This document shows, one piece after another, positions 1 to 8,927 of a stretch of DNA of 55,903 bases. The stretch comes from Erysipelothrix sp. (GTDB lineage: Bacteria > Bacillota_I > Bacilli_A > Erysipelotrichales > Erysipelotrichaceae). The DNA lies in NCBI GenBank assembly GCA_036516515.1, contig DATBUC010000105.1, forward strand, positions 1 to 55,903, read 5' to 3'. How positions within the stretch are numbered: position 1 is the stretch's first letter; the number at the start of each line of letters is the position of its first letter. The translations under genes were made by a program, and so were the position numbers. Under the pieces are notes generated by a model. That model was not told where the DNA came from and did not search any database. It worked only from the letters and a program-made list of their open reading frames with translations.

Positions 1-135
1 GGCTTAACTGAAGAACAAGCTGCTGAAACGATTATCATGGGCTTTTTAGAACCCTTTACTCGTGAATTACCAATGGAATATGCGGTTGAACTCAATCAAT
101 TAATGAAAATGGAAATGGAAGGCAGCGTTGGGTAA
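1..135 (+). CDS. sufB: Fe-S cluster assembly protein SufB, C-terminal fragment (5' truncated by window)
   Basis: Frame 1 reads [44 protein letters not shown], the typical SufB C-terminus; not in ORF track. Confidence 0.93.
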   Translation, partial: GLTEEQAAETIIMGFLEPFTRELPMEYAVELNQLMKMEMEGSVG

Positions 136-666
136 GTGTCACGTAAAAAAGAAATCGCGCAAGTTATGCGTCAAAAACGACAAAGCCTCGATCCTAAAAT
201 TAAAGAACTTTATGATGCGAAAATTATCGAGCACTTACTGCCTTATATTAAAAAAGGGCAGAGGGTCGCTGTTTTTGCCAGCATGGCAGATGAAATTGAT
301 TTAACGCCACTGTTTTCTTTAGAGATTGCTCTTTATTTTCCTAAAGTAACGGGTAAAGGCCTCATGGCGTTTTATCATGTTGAAGATAAAAAAGCCCTTC
401 AACCTGGAGCCTATGGTATCTTAGAACCCAGCAGTCAAAATAAGATTTCTAAAGGTGAAATTGATGTTTTTATTGTACCGATGCTGGCTTTTAATCAAAA
501 GCGTTATCGCATTGGTTATGGTGGGGGCTATTATGATCGCTATCTCCTAGATGCACCGGGCTTAAAGTTGGGGGTCGCTTACAGTTTTCAACAGCTTGAA
601 GAATCCTTTGAAAACGCTTATGATGTACCTTGTGATTTAATTATTACTGAAAGAGGTATTGTATGA
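136..666 (+). CDS. 5-formyltetrahydrofolate cyclo-ligase
   Basis: YGILEP, IDVFIVP and RIGYGGGYYDRYL motifs. Confidence 0.93.
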   Translation: MSRKKEIAQVMRQKRQSLDPKIKELYDAKIIEHLLPYIKKGQRVAVFASMADEIDLTPLFSLEIALYFPKVTGKGLMAFYHVEDKKALQPGAYGILEPSSQNKISKGEIDVFIVPMLAFNQKRYRIGYGGGYYDRYLLDAPGLKLGVAYSFQQLEESFENAYDVPCDLIITERGIV

Positions 667-1799
667 AAAAGAAGTTTTCTTTATTAATGATGGTGCTTTT
701 CGCTTCTCATGCGATTATGTTTACTCAAATCATTCCTTATTTAACCCATGTGGGTTATAATCCTATTCAAAGAGGCTATATTTTAACGGCTTATGCTTTG
801 TTTGGAATGATCGGTCAAGTTTTGTTTGGGTATCTCAGTGATCGCCATGCGACAATCAAAAGGTTTATTATCATTGCAACCGTAATGGTCATGATTTCAG
901 GCTTTTTAACTTTTCAATTTCAAGCCCTTAATTTTAGTTTTCACTTTCTTTTAATGTCAATCACAGCTGGTTCGACAAGAATTGTTGGGAACTTATTAGA
1001 AACTTGGATTTTAGAAGTTGATACCGTCCGTGACGATTTTAGTTTTATTCGTAGTTTTGGCTCTTTAGGCTGGGGGTTAGCGTCACTTTTGTCAGGTGTT
1101 GTTGCCATTCGTTTGGGCTATCAATACTTAGGTTATATTTCTATTTTATTAAGTCTGTTGGCCCTTTGGATTGCGGTAGGGGTTGAAGATGCCAGTAAAA
1201 CATCAGCGCAAAATCTGGTTATTAGTGATTTAGCGGTTCTTTTTAAAAACAAGAATTATGTTTTACTTGTTGTGGCATATTTTTTGATTTATGTTATTTA
1301 TAATTCAGATGTCGTTACTGTTACTGAGTATATCTTTTACTTAGGTGGCGATGCACAAGATGTCGGGACGAAGATGTTTTTACAAGCGCTAAGTGAAATA
1401 CCGGTTTTATTTTTAGGATCACGCCTTTTAAAACGCTTTAATGCGGTGAAGTTACTTAAAGCTTCCTTGGTGATTTTATTATTGCGTTTTGCCTTAACCG
1501 GTATGGCGACAAGCGTCAACCAAGTTATCTTGCTTTCGTTATTACAAGCAGTCACTTTCCCCATTATTTTAATTACCCAAAGACAATTGATTTATGAAGA
1601 AGTCCCTGAAGGCTTAAAATCTAGTGGGCAAATGATGGCTTTTTCATTAAGCACGAGCTTGTCAGCGATTGTCTCACCGCTTTTATCATCCTATTTATTA
1701 ACGCTATTTCCAATGGAACAGGTCTTATTTATTCTTGCAGCAATCGTCGTGATTCCCTTTCTTTTACTAGGATTTTACAAAGGAAAATTGCACGCCTAA
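663..1799 (+). CDS. MFS transporter (MFS_1-like, LacY/nucleoside:H+ symporter-like)
   Basis: About 12 hydrophobic segments; GYLSDR motif A; RSFGSLGW and SEIPV motifs. Confidence 0.85.
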   Translation: MKKKFSLLMMVLFASHAIMFTQIIPYLTHVGYNPIQRGYILTAYALFGMIGQVLFGYLSDRHATIKRFIIIATVMVMISGFLTFQFQALNFSFHFLLMSITAGSTRIVGNLLETWILEVDTVRDDFSFIRSFGSLGWGLASLLSGVVAIRLGYQYLGYISILLSLLALWIAVGVEDASKTSAQNLVISDLAVLFKNKNYVLLVVAYFLIYVIYNSDVVTVTEYIFYLGGDAQDVGTKMFLQALSEIPVLFLGSRLLKRFNAVKLLKASLVILLLRFALTGMATSVNQVILLSLLQAVTFPIILITQRQLIYEEVPEGLKSSGQMMAFSLSTSLSAIVSPLLSSYLLTLFPMEQVLFILAAIVVIPFLLLGFYKGKLHA

Positions 1800-1816
1800 T
1801 TAAAAATAAAAAAAAT

Positions 1817-1838
1817 AAAAAGGCTTTATGCCTTTTTT
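1817..1838 (+). terminator. Intrinsic terminator
   Basis: AAAAAGGC-tttat-GCCTTTTTT hairpin with U-tract. Confidence 0.65.
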
Positions 1839-1847
1839 CTATAATAT

Positions 1848-1887
1848 GTTACAATAACGTTACAAATTGTGTAGATTTTGATAGAAT
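1848..1887 (+). promoter_or_regulatory. Promoter with OmpR-family (WalR/PhoP-like) direct repeat at the -35 position
   Basis: GTTACA-ataac-GTTACA at 1848-1864 (TGTAAC-N5-TGTAAC on - strand); extended -10 TGaTAGAAT at 1879-1887, with the hexamer 17 bp after the second repeat. Confidence 0.6.
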
Positions 1888-1911
1888 AGAAGTGTTGAAA
1901 GAGGGAGCATA

Positions 1912-3162
1912 ATGAAAGTTGTACAACTTAAATCCGAGTCAATCAAAACCTTAAGAGAAAAAAGACGGATGATCATGAAACAAATGATCGAAGGACAAGA
2001 AGGATCCCTTCTTGTTTTAAAGACGGCTTATTTAGGTGAAGATCGACAACATCATATTGTTTCTTATGCTTTATTTACGATTTTCTTTGAACTGTGGGAA
2101 CGCTTTACCATGGTCTCATGGTCCTATACCTTTGACGATGAGGGCTTGATATTCTATATTAAACTAGATGATCCTGCAGCGCGGGTGAAAGATGTCTTGG
2201 TTCATTTTGAAGATTATCACCCACTGGGCTTCGCAATCGATTCAGATGTCTTTGATAAAGATCATGAAGTGACACGCAAAGAGCTCAACATGGAAGAGCG
2301 CATTGACTTCTACTTTGAAAAGCCTTTAGAATCGTTAGTAGGGGAAGAAATCGCTGATAAAGATTATTGCACGACTTTCAAAAGCAAAATTGAAGACTAT
2401 ATGCTTGATGGGGATAAGCAAACCATCTTATCGAATATCTTAGTCTATAGTTATGTCAGTGCCTATACGAAAACGCTCGGTTTTGGTATGTATGGCCCGA
2501 ATTATAAGGGCAGCAATGATCAAATGAATTTTGAAAAGTTCGTACACTTTTTAAGAACATATCGTGAAGAAACATTACATATATTTGAAGTGAATAGTAA
2601 GGATACCGATGCGATTTTACGATATCAAGAAGAAGTGGATCGTAAAATTAAATTGGCGGTTTTAAACCAACAGTCTCATTACTATACGGTCTTTATGACC
2701 AGCATCGTTTTATTTGCTTTTATTAATTCGCGCGGATATGCCGACATTAATAAACAAATCCAGACGATTGCAAAAGAACTGGAGAAAAAAGAAGCCTTTA
2801 AAGGCAAAGAATGTTTACGTTTTGACTCAGCACTTAAAGGATTTAGAGATAGCTTTAAACATTACGTGCCATTTTATCAAAAACATGACTCGATTATCGC
2901 AACACTCTTGCATATTATGAGTCGTCATGATGATTATGCAGTGATGTGTTTCAACGGTGAAAAAACATTACGCAAGGCACAGTTTTTAGCGAAAAACTTA
3001 GTATTTAAAGAAGATAAATGGGATACTTTAAATCAGTTTTGCACCAGCAATTATCTTTATCCCCATGATGACACAACCCTTTTAGTGGTGACGGTCATGT
3101 TAGATGTATTACAAAGAAATTATTTAAAGATCAAATTATTATTTGATACCAATCAATATTAA
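1912..3162 (+). CDS. Divergent CitX-CitG fusion-like protein (probable pseudoenzyme)
   Basis: N-half resembles CitX (LREKR, EDYHPLGFAIDSDV). C-half resembles CitG (FGMYGPNYKGSNDQMNF, ALKGF, LLHIMSRHDD, LYPHDDTTLL). SD GAGGGAG. Confidence 0.6.
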   Translation: MKVVQLKSESIKTLREKRRMIMKQMIEGQEGSLLVLKTAYLGEDRQHHIVSYALFTIFFELWERFTMVSWSYTFDDEGLIFYIKLDDPAARVKDVLVHFEDYHPLGFAIDSDVFDKDHEVTRKELNMEERIDFYFEKPLESLVGEEIADKDYCTTFKSKIEDYMLDGDKQTILSNILVYSYVSAYTKTLGFGMYGPNYKGSNDQMNFEKFVHFLRTYREETLHIFEVNSKDTDAILRYQEEVDRKIKLAVLNQQSHYYTVFMTSIVLFAFINSRGYADINKQIQTIAKELEKKEAFKGKECLRFDSALKGFRDSFKHYVPFYQKHDSIIATLLHIMSRHDDYAVMCFNGEKTLRKAQFLAKNLVFKEDKWDTLNQFCTSNYLYPHDDTTLLVVTVMLDVLQRNYLKIKLLFDTNQY

Positions 3163-3175
3163 GGAGACGAATAAA

Positions 3176-4423
3176 ATGAATTTTTTAGAAGAATTAGAAT
3201 GGCGTGGCTTAGTTAAAGACGTCACAGACAGAGAAGGTTTAGTAGAGCGCTTAAAAACGCCAGTTACATTATATTGTGGATTTGATCCAACCGCAGATTC
3301 ACTCCATGTGGGTCACCTCCAACAATTAATCCTTTTAAAAAGATATCAAGAACAAGGACACCATCCGATTGCTTTAATTGGTGGGGCAACTGGGATGATT
3401 GGTGATCCCCGTCCGACAACAGAAAGAAAACTGTTAAACGATGAGGAATTAGCGAAAAACTTTAAAGGAATCGCCAGCCAAATTGAGCGCGTTTTATCAT
3501 CTGATGATAACCCAATTAAAATTGTCGATAATGCCGATTGGCTTAAAGATATTACCATGCTAGATTTCCTAAGAGATTATGGTAAACACTTTGGTATTAA
3601 TACGATGATGGCTAAAGAAACTGTGGCCAGTCGTTTAGATACTGGAATTTCTTTTACAGAATTTTCTTATATTATTTTACAAGCCATCGATTTTCTTCAT
3701 CTTTACAAAGAAGAAGGCATTGAATTACAAATCGGTGGTTCTGATCAATGGGGAAACCTGGTCGCAGGAGCTGATCTAATTCGTAAAATGGAAGGGAATG
3801 ACGCAAAGGTATACGGTGTTACCTCCCACCTGATTATGAAAGCAGATGGCACGAAATTTGGTAAGAGTGAAGGTGCAAACGTATGGTTAGATCCAGCACG
3901 TACCAATCCTTATGAATTCTACCAATTCTTCTTCAATACCAGTGATGATGATATTATTGACTTTTTAAAACGTCTTTCATTACGCTCTGTTGATGAAATT
4001 AAAGCACTTGAAGCCAGCTTTAACAAAGCACCTCACTTACGTGAAGCTCAAAAAGCGTTAGCTGAAGAACTTACAGCGATGGTCTTTGGACAAGAAGGCT
4101 TAGAACAGGCGCTTAAAATTACCGAAGCACTTTTCAAAGGAACGATTCATGAATTAAGCAGTGAAGAAATTCACCACGCTTTTAAAGGTGTCGAGACTTT
4201 TAAAGTAAAAGACGGTAATGTCGTAGATGTCTTAGTTGAAGCGAAAGTCTTCAATAGTAAGCGTGAAGCACGTCAATTAATTCAAGGCAAAGGGCTCCGC
4301 ATTAACGGTCAAGTGGTCGAAAGTGAAACGGACCAATTACTAAAAGAAAATGCATTAGCAGATGATATCAGTATTTTAAGAAGAGGTAAGAAAACATATT
4401 TTGTATTAGAGCATCAAGGATAG
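3176..4423 (+). CDS. tyrS: Tyrosine--tRNA ligase
   Basis: LYCGFDPTADSLHVGH, QIGGSDQWGN, KFGKS, C-terminal S4 domain; start moved to ATG 3176 after SD AAGGAG. Confidence 0.98.
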   Translation: MNFLEELEWRGLVKDVTDREGLVERLKTPVTLYCGFDPTADSLHVGHLQQLILLKRYQEQGHHPIALIGGATGMIGDPRPTTERKLLNDEELAKNFKGIASQIERVLSSDDNPIKIVDNADWLKDITMLDFLRDYGKHFGINTMMAKETVASRLDTGISFTEFSYIILQAIDFLHLYKEEGIELQIGGSDQWGNLVAGADLIRKMEGNDAKVYGVTSHLIMKADGTKFGKSEGANVWLDPARTNPYEFYQFFFNTSDDDIIDFLKRLSLRSVDEIKALEASFNKAPHLREAQKALAEELTAMVFGQEGLEQALKITEALFKGTIHELSSEEIHHAFKGVETFKVKDGNVVDVLVEAKVFNSKREARQLIQGKGLRINGQVVESETDQLLKENALADDISILRRGKKTYFVLEHQG

Positions 4424-4433
4424 GAGTGTTTGG

Positions 4434-5003
4434 ATGAAAAAAACCATTCTCGTTCTTTTAATCACCCTGATCCTAACAGGTTGTTCTGTGGGTGGTAAGA
4501 AAGACTATACAGACAAAGTACAACAATATCAGTCATATTACGAAACGGTTTTAGACCAAGATAAATTTAAAAAATCATCCGACTTCTTTAATATAGAAGC
4601 CAAGATTGATCAATCGGATAAAGAATATTTTTATGAAGTTGTGATTAACGAACCGCAAATTGCGATGTACGATGTCAAAGTTTTAATTGTCGAAAACAAA
4701 GAAAACTACTCAAATGAAGTCATGCAACCAACGGTCGGTATCTTTGAAAGCCAAAGTTATAATTTGATTCCAGGACAAGTAAATCAAGATAAAGGCTTTA
4801 TGAACGGGATTCAACTTTTAAAAGATATCAAGGAACCAAACGTCCAACTCCAAATTATTGTCAGTTTCACTGATTATCGCAAATTGGAAACATTCCAAGA
4901 ATTTATCGAATTTGATCTCAAATACGAAGATGACAAAAAAGAAGAACAAAAAGAAGAAGAATCAAAAGAAGATGCTTCTGAAGAAAAGGAAGATAAAGCA
5001 TAG
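4434..5003 (+). CDS. Lipoprotein of unknown function with acidic C-tail
   Basis: MKK + hydrophobic stretch + LTGC lipobox; E/K/D-rich tail. Confidence 0.8.
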   Translation: MKKTILVLLITLILTGCSVGGKKDYTDKVQQYQSYYETVLDQDKFKKSSDFFNIEAKIDQSDKEYFYEVVINEPQIAMYDVKVLIVENKENYSNEVMQPTVGIFESQSYNLIPGQVNQDKGFMNGIQLLKDIKEPNVQLQIIVSFTDYRKLETFQEFIEFDLKYEDDKKEEQKEEESKEDASEEKEDKA

Positions 5004-5024
5004 CCAACGCGCTATGCTTTTTTT
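4995..5024 (+). terminator. Intrinsic terminator
   Basis: AAAGCATAGC-caacgc-GCTATGCTTT followed by T-run. Confidence 0.8.
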
Positions 5025-5059
5025 ACTTATTGCACAAATAGGTTATGTTTTTCACAATC

Positions 5060-5097
5060 TTTGCATTATTTTACAAGTAATTGTATAAATGCGCATA
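5060..5097. promoter_or_regulatory. Tandem ARG-box-like (ArgR/AhrC) operator
   Basis: TGCATTATTTTACA (5062-5075) and TGTATAAATGCGCA (5082-5095), i.e. two 18-bp boxes 2 bp apart. Confidence 0.45.
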
Positions 5098-5103
5098 TTT
5101 TGA

Positions 5104-5117
5104 TGACAACGCTTACA
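5104..5117. promoter_or_regulatory. cre site (CcpA)
   Basis: TGACAACGCTTACA matches TGWNANCGNTNWCA fully. Confidence 0.65.
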
Positions 5118-5178
5118 TTTTGCTGCACAAATAAGCAATTTTAATGGTAGACTCAAACCATAGAAAGAAGGTCTTACA

Positions 5179-6198
5179 ATGCGAAAAGATAAAGTAAGAG
5201 TTGTGCAGTATGGTTGTGGTTTGATGTCAAAGGTGATTATGCGATATTTACATGATCATGATGTTGAAATAGTGGGGGCCATTGATGTAAATCCAGACCT
5301 AATTGGTAAGGATATTGGTCCTTATATGGGACTTGATGAAAATTTAGGGATTATTATTTCAGATGATGCGGATCAAGTTTTAAGCAGTTGTGCTGCGGAT
5401 GTCGCAATCGTGACAACATTCTCCTATATGAAAGAAATGATGCCATTTTTAGAACAATGTGCTGAATATGGTATCAACGTGATCACAACAGGAGATGAAG
5501 CCATTTATCCATGGAATACATCACCTATGGAAACAAATCGTTTAGATCGTTTAGCTAAAGAAAAAGGAATTACCATTATGGGAACAGGGATGCAAGATAT
5601 TTATTGGATTGCCTATCCCGCTTTAATGGCCGCAGGCTGCAATCAAGTTGAAAAAATCAAAGGAACGATCAGTTACAACATTGAAGATTATGGCTTGGCA
5701 GGACTTGATTTTAGCTCAGCTCATTTAAACTTCAATGAAGCACGCGAAGCAGGGGCTTACTTATGGAATTCAGGTTGGAATTCAACAGAAGCTTTATGTG
5801 CACGCTTAAAACTCAGTCTTAAATCAATCCATCATGAAACAAATATCATTACTTTAGAAGAAGATATGGAATCACTCGTTTTAGAAAAAGATTATAAAAA
5901 GGGTGAGATTGTAGGGGTATCTCTTACCACCATCGCCCAAACCCACCAAGGCATTGATTTAGAAGTAGAATGTATTGCGAAAATTTTTAATAAAGAAGAA
6001 GCTGATTTATGTGTTTGGGAAATTATCGGAGAACCAAATCTTAAAACCCGTGTTGAAAGACCAGACACTGTCGCTTTAACCTGTGGTACAGTCTTAAATC
6101 GTATCCCATCAGTCATTCAAGCAGAACCAGGTTATGTTACTGCAGAGAAATTGGCCGATCCAGAGTTTCATGTTCATCCAATGCATCTTTACCTTTAA
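5179..6198 (+). CDS. 2,4-diaminopentanoate dehydrogenase (Ord)-like / DapB-like NAD(P)-dependent oxidoreductase
   Basis: VVQYGCGLM Rossmann start, GINVITTGDEAIYPW, GTGMQD, LNRIPSVIQAEPGYVT. Confidence 0.75.
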   Translation: MRKDKVRVVQYGCGLMSKVIMRYLHDHDVEIVGAIDVNPDLIGKDIGPYMGLDENLGIIISDDADQVLSSCAADVAIVTTFSYMKEMMPFLEQCAEYGINVITTGDEAIYPWNTSPMETNRLDRLAKEKGITIMGTGMQDIYWIAYPALMAAGCNQVEKIKGTISYNIEDYGLAGLDFSSAHLNFNEAREAGAYLWNSGWNSTEALCARLKLSLKSIHHETNIITLEEDMESLVLEKDYKKGEIVGVSLTTIAQTHQGIDLEVECIAKIFNKEEADLCVWEIIGEPNLKTRVERPDTVALTCGTVLNRIPSVIQAEPGYVTAEKLADPEFHVHPMHLYL

Positions 6199-6203
6199 GA
6201 ATT

Positions 6204-6234
6204 AAAAACCCCTTGATAAAAGGGGTTTTCTTTT
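6204..6234 (+). terminator. Intrinsic terminator
   Basis: AAAACCCCTT...AAGGGGTTTT hairpin with T-run. Confidence 0.75.
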
Positions 6235-6243
6235 GCAGCAACA

Positions 6244-6267
6244 AAAAAGAGTGCTGAGCACTCTTTA
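6244..6267 (-). terminator. rpsD terminator
   Basis: AAAGAGTGC-tga-GCACTCTTT with U-tract on - strand. Confidence 0.75.
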
Positions 6268-6271
6268 ATGA

Positions 6272-6874
6272 TTATCTGTTGTAGAATTCAACGACTAATG
6301 CTTCGTCAATTTCTTGGTTTAATTCATTACGTTCTGGTAATCTTGTTAATGAGCCTTTGAAAGCTTCTTTATCAAATTCAATGTAATCGACCATTGATAC
6401 ATTAGCTTCTAATGCTTCTTTGATTGATTCCATTTTTCTTGATGATTCTTTAACTTCGATAATTTGTCCAGGTTGTACTGTGTATGATGGAATATCAACT
6501 TTCTTTCCATCAACTAAGATATGACCATGGTTAACAAGTTGTCTTGCACCACGGCGTGTACGTGCTAAGTTCATACGGTAAACGACGTTATCTAAACGTT
6601 GTTCGAGTAAGAAGAGGAAGTTATGTCCTGTAACACCTTCCATTTTAACTGCACGGTTATATGTGTTAAAGAATTGTTTTTCTGTCACACCATATGTGTA
6701 ACGAATTCTTTGTTTTTCTTGTAACTGTAATCCGTAGTTTGATAATTTACGACGACGTGCTTGTCCGTGTTGTCCTGGTGGATAGTTACGACGTTGTAAT
6801 TCTTCTCCAGTTTCTAAAATTGAAAAGCCTAATCTACGGGACTTTTTCCAAACTGGTCCTTTAATTCTTGCCAT
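6272..6874 (-). CDS. rpsD: 30S ribosomal protein S4
   Basis: [43 protein letters not shown]. Confidence 0.99.
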   Translation of the reverse strand: MARIKGPVWKKSRRLGFSILETGEELQRRNYPPGQHGQARRRKLSNYGLQLQEKQRIRYTYGVTEKQFFNTYNRAVKMEGVTGHNFLFLLEQRLDNVVYRMNLARTRRGARQLVNHGHILVDGKKVDIPSYTVQPGQIIEVKESSRKMESIKEALEANVSMVDYIEFDKEAFKGSLTRLPERNELNQEIDEALVVEFYNR

Positions 6875-6884
6875 GTTGACCTCC

Positions 6885-7023
6885 TATTGTCTATCAGCAA
6901 GTTCACAAATTATTAATAGTTGAGTTTATCGTATGCCTTTTCCCATCAACAGCCATGGTACTTTAGCTCCTGCCGCGGGATAAACACGTGGCTATTAACT
7001 TTGTGTGCTGTGCGCTTTGACGC
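6885..7023 (-). ncRNA. S4 autoregulatory leader (putative)
   Basis: ~150-nt structured GC-richer 5'UTR between the promoter and rpsD; position matches the Firmicute S4 leader. Confidence 0.6.
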
Positions 7024-7029
7024 TTATAT

Positions 7030-7058
7030 ACTATACGAAATTATGAATTAAAAGTCAA
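7030..7058 (-). promoter_or_regulatory. sigmaA promoter of rpsD
   Basis: TTGACT-17bp-TATAGT on - strand. Confidence 0.8.
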
Positions 7059-7187
7059 TTAAAATCATTAGAAAGCCTACAAACAAGAGTGTTCACAAAA
7101 TAAACACTTCCTCCATAGAGAAGTCACAAATCAAGTTGGTAAAAATTCATGATTCTATGGTACAATAATAACAACTGAGGTGAAGGT

Positions 7188-8927
7188 ATGAACTATAACG
7201 ATATTTTAGAATTTTTAAATCAAAACAAAATTATTATTGCTGTGATATTTGCGGTTATTATTTTAGTTATTTTCTTTTTAATGCGCTCAAGCAAAAAGCG
7301 TAAATTAAAGCATCGCTTTGATGAAATAGAAATAAAATACAATGAATTAATGAGTATTCCCATACTCTTTAAAATTAATAAGGCCGTTGGCTTAGCCAAA
7401 ATCAATCAAAGCTTAGCTAAAGATGTTGATATTTGTAATAACTTATTTGAAACGGTACGTGAACTCCAAGATGACTTAGTCCAACAAATTGGTGATGCTG
7501 ATGATGCCTTGGCTTATGGTAAATTAAAAGAGGCAGATGAGCTGTTTACCAGCTTAGAATCCTTGATCGAAGAATCAATGGAAAAGACATATTTACTCGA
7601 TCAAAAATTAGAAACGCTTTTAGAAGAAGAAACTCAACAACGTCTACAAATCAACGAACAAAAAAATGTATTCAGAGATTTAAAACGTCAAGCCAAAGCC
7701 AGTGAAATGCAATTAGGCGAAAGTTATCCTTTAATTCAAAGTGATATGCAAGATATTGAACATTTATTCTCAAACTTTGAAGAATGGATGTATGCTTCCA
7801 ACTTCCAAAAAGCAGCCGAAGTCAGTGAACAAGCCAAAGCAAGCATCGAAGTTTTAGAAGCGAAAATCAATGCAATTCCTAAGTTATATGAACGCGCTAA
7901 AGGCTATATTCCCGAATTACTTGATGAGGTTTCACGTCTTTATCAAGGGGTTAAACAAGAAGGCGTCTTTGTGGAGCACTTAGAAGTGCCCCGTAATATT
8001 GGTATTTTAAGTGAAGTATTAAAAGAAGACTTATTACATATTGCCCAAGGCCATATCGATAAGAGTGCAGAAAGTTTAACTGAAAGTGAAAAACGCTTAG
8101 AACAACTCGTTTTAGAAATTCAAAAAGAGGCGACGGCCCATCAAGAAGTAGAAACCATCTATGCTGAACTCAGTAGCCTGATTGAGAGTCTGGGTTATGG
8201 TGTAGGCGAATTAGAAAAAGAAGCCCAACGCATCGAAGAGCGCTTTGACTTTCCAGGTTTTGAAGAACAAGTCGAAGTATTTAAACAGCGGTTGCTGGAA
8301 CTGCAAGCACGCGATCAAAATATTCATCGCATGTTGCATGAAGAAGCCATTCCTGCTTCCTCAATCTTATTATCTGTCAAAGAGCTTGATCAAGATACAC
8401 GCTTTTTATTTGATGATTTCAAAAAAGAAAAAGAAAAAGCAGAACAAGCCAATGCTGATGAAGTGCGCGCACGTAAACAATTACTCAAACTGCACTTAAT
8501 AATTAACGATGTGCAAGTAAGAATCAAAAACCGTTCCTTGCCATCGATTTCTGAAAAATATCAAGATGATTTAAAGAAATCATACGGTTATACCGATCAA
8601 ATTAAAGCGATGCTCGAACAAACGACCCTTAATGTCAGTTTGCTTAATGCAACCGTTGATGAAGCGATTGACTATATTTATAAGCTACATAACAATGTCA
8701 ATAATTTAGTAGGGGTTGTTGATATGTGTGAAAACGCGATTGTTTATGCTAATAAATTCAGAGCGTTTGTACCTGATATTGATGCCGAATTAACCCGTGC
8801 GGAACTTGCCTTTAATAATGGTGAGTACACCCAAAGTTTAACCACGATTATCAATTCGATTGATCGTTTTCGTCCCAATACTGAATACGAGGAGATGATC
8901 CGAGAAAATGCCCGTAGTGCACAATAA
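7188..8927 (+). CDS. ezrA: Septation ring formation regulator EzrA
   Basis: N-terminal TM, long coiled coil, YANKFR (QNR-patch equivalent), rpsD-ezrA-iscS-thiI synteny. Confidence 0.88.
   Translation: MNYNDILEFLNQNKIIIAVIFAVIILVIFFLMRSSKKRKLKHRFDEIEIKYNELMSIPILFKINKAVGLAKINQSLAKDVDICNNLFETVRELQDDLVQQIGDADDALAYGKLKEADELFTSLESLIEESMEKTYLLDQKLETLLEEETQQRLQINEQKNVFRDLKRQAKASEMQLGESYPLIQSDMQDIEHLFSNFEEWMYASNFQKAAEVSEQAKASIEVLEAKINAIPKLYERAKGYIPELLDEVSRLYQGVKQEGVFVEHLEVPRNIGILSEVLKEDLLHIAQGHIDKSAESLTESEKRLEQLVLEIQKEATAHQEVETIYAELSSLIESLGYGVGELEKEAQRIEERFDFPGFEEQVEVFKQRLLELQARDQNIHRMLHEEAIPASSILLSVKELDQDTRFLFDDFKKEKEKAEQANADEVRARKQLLKLHLIINDVQVRIKNRSLPSISEKYQDDLKKSYGYTDQIKAMLEQTTLNVSLLNATVDEAIDYIYKLHNNVNNLVGVVDMCENAIVYANKFRAFVPDIDAELTRAELAFNNGEYTQSLTTIINSIDRFRPNTEYEEMIRENARSAQ

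Noticed and set aside
4925-5000. GAAGAA-rich tandem repeat
   Set aside because: It simply encodes the low-complexity acidic tail of the lipoprotein
7088-7130. AGTGTT..AACACT inverted repeat and TCACAAA repeats between rpsD and ezrA as a Rex/operator site
   Set aside because: Only half-sites are present and the arms are short in AT-rich DNA; could be chance
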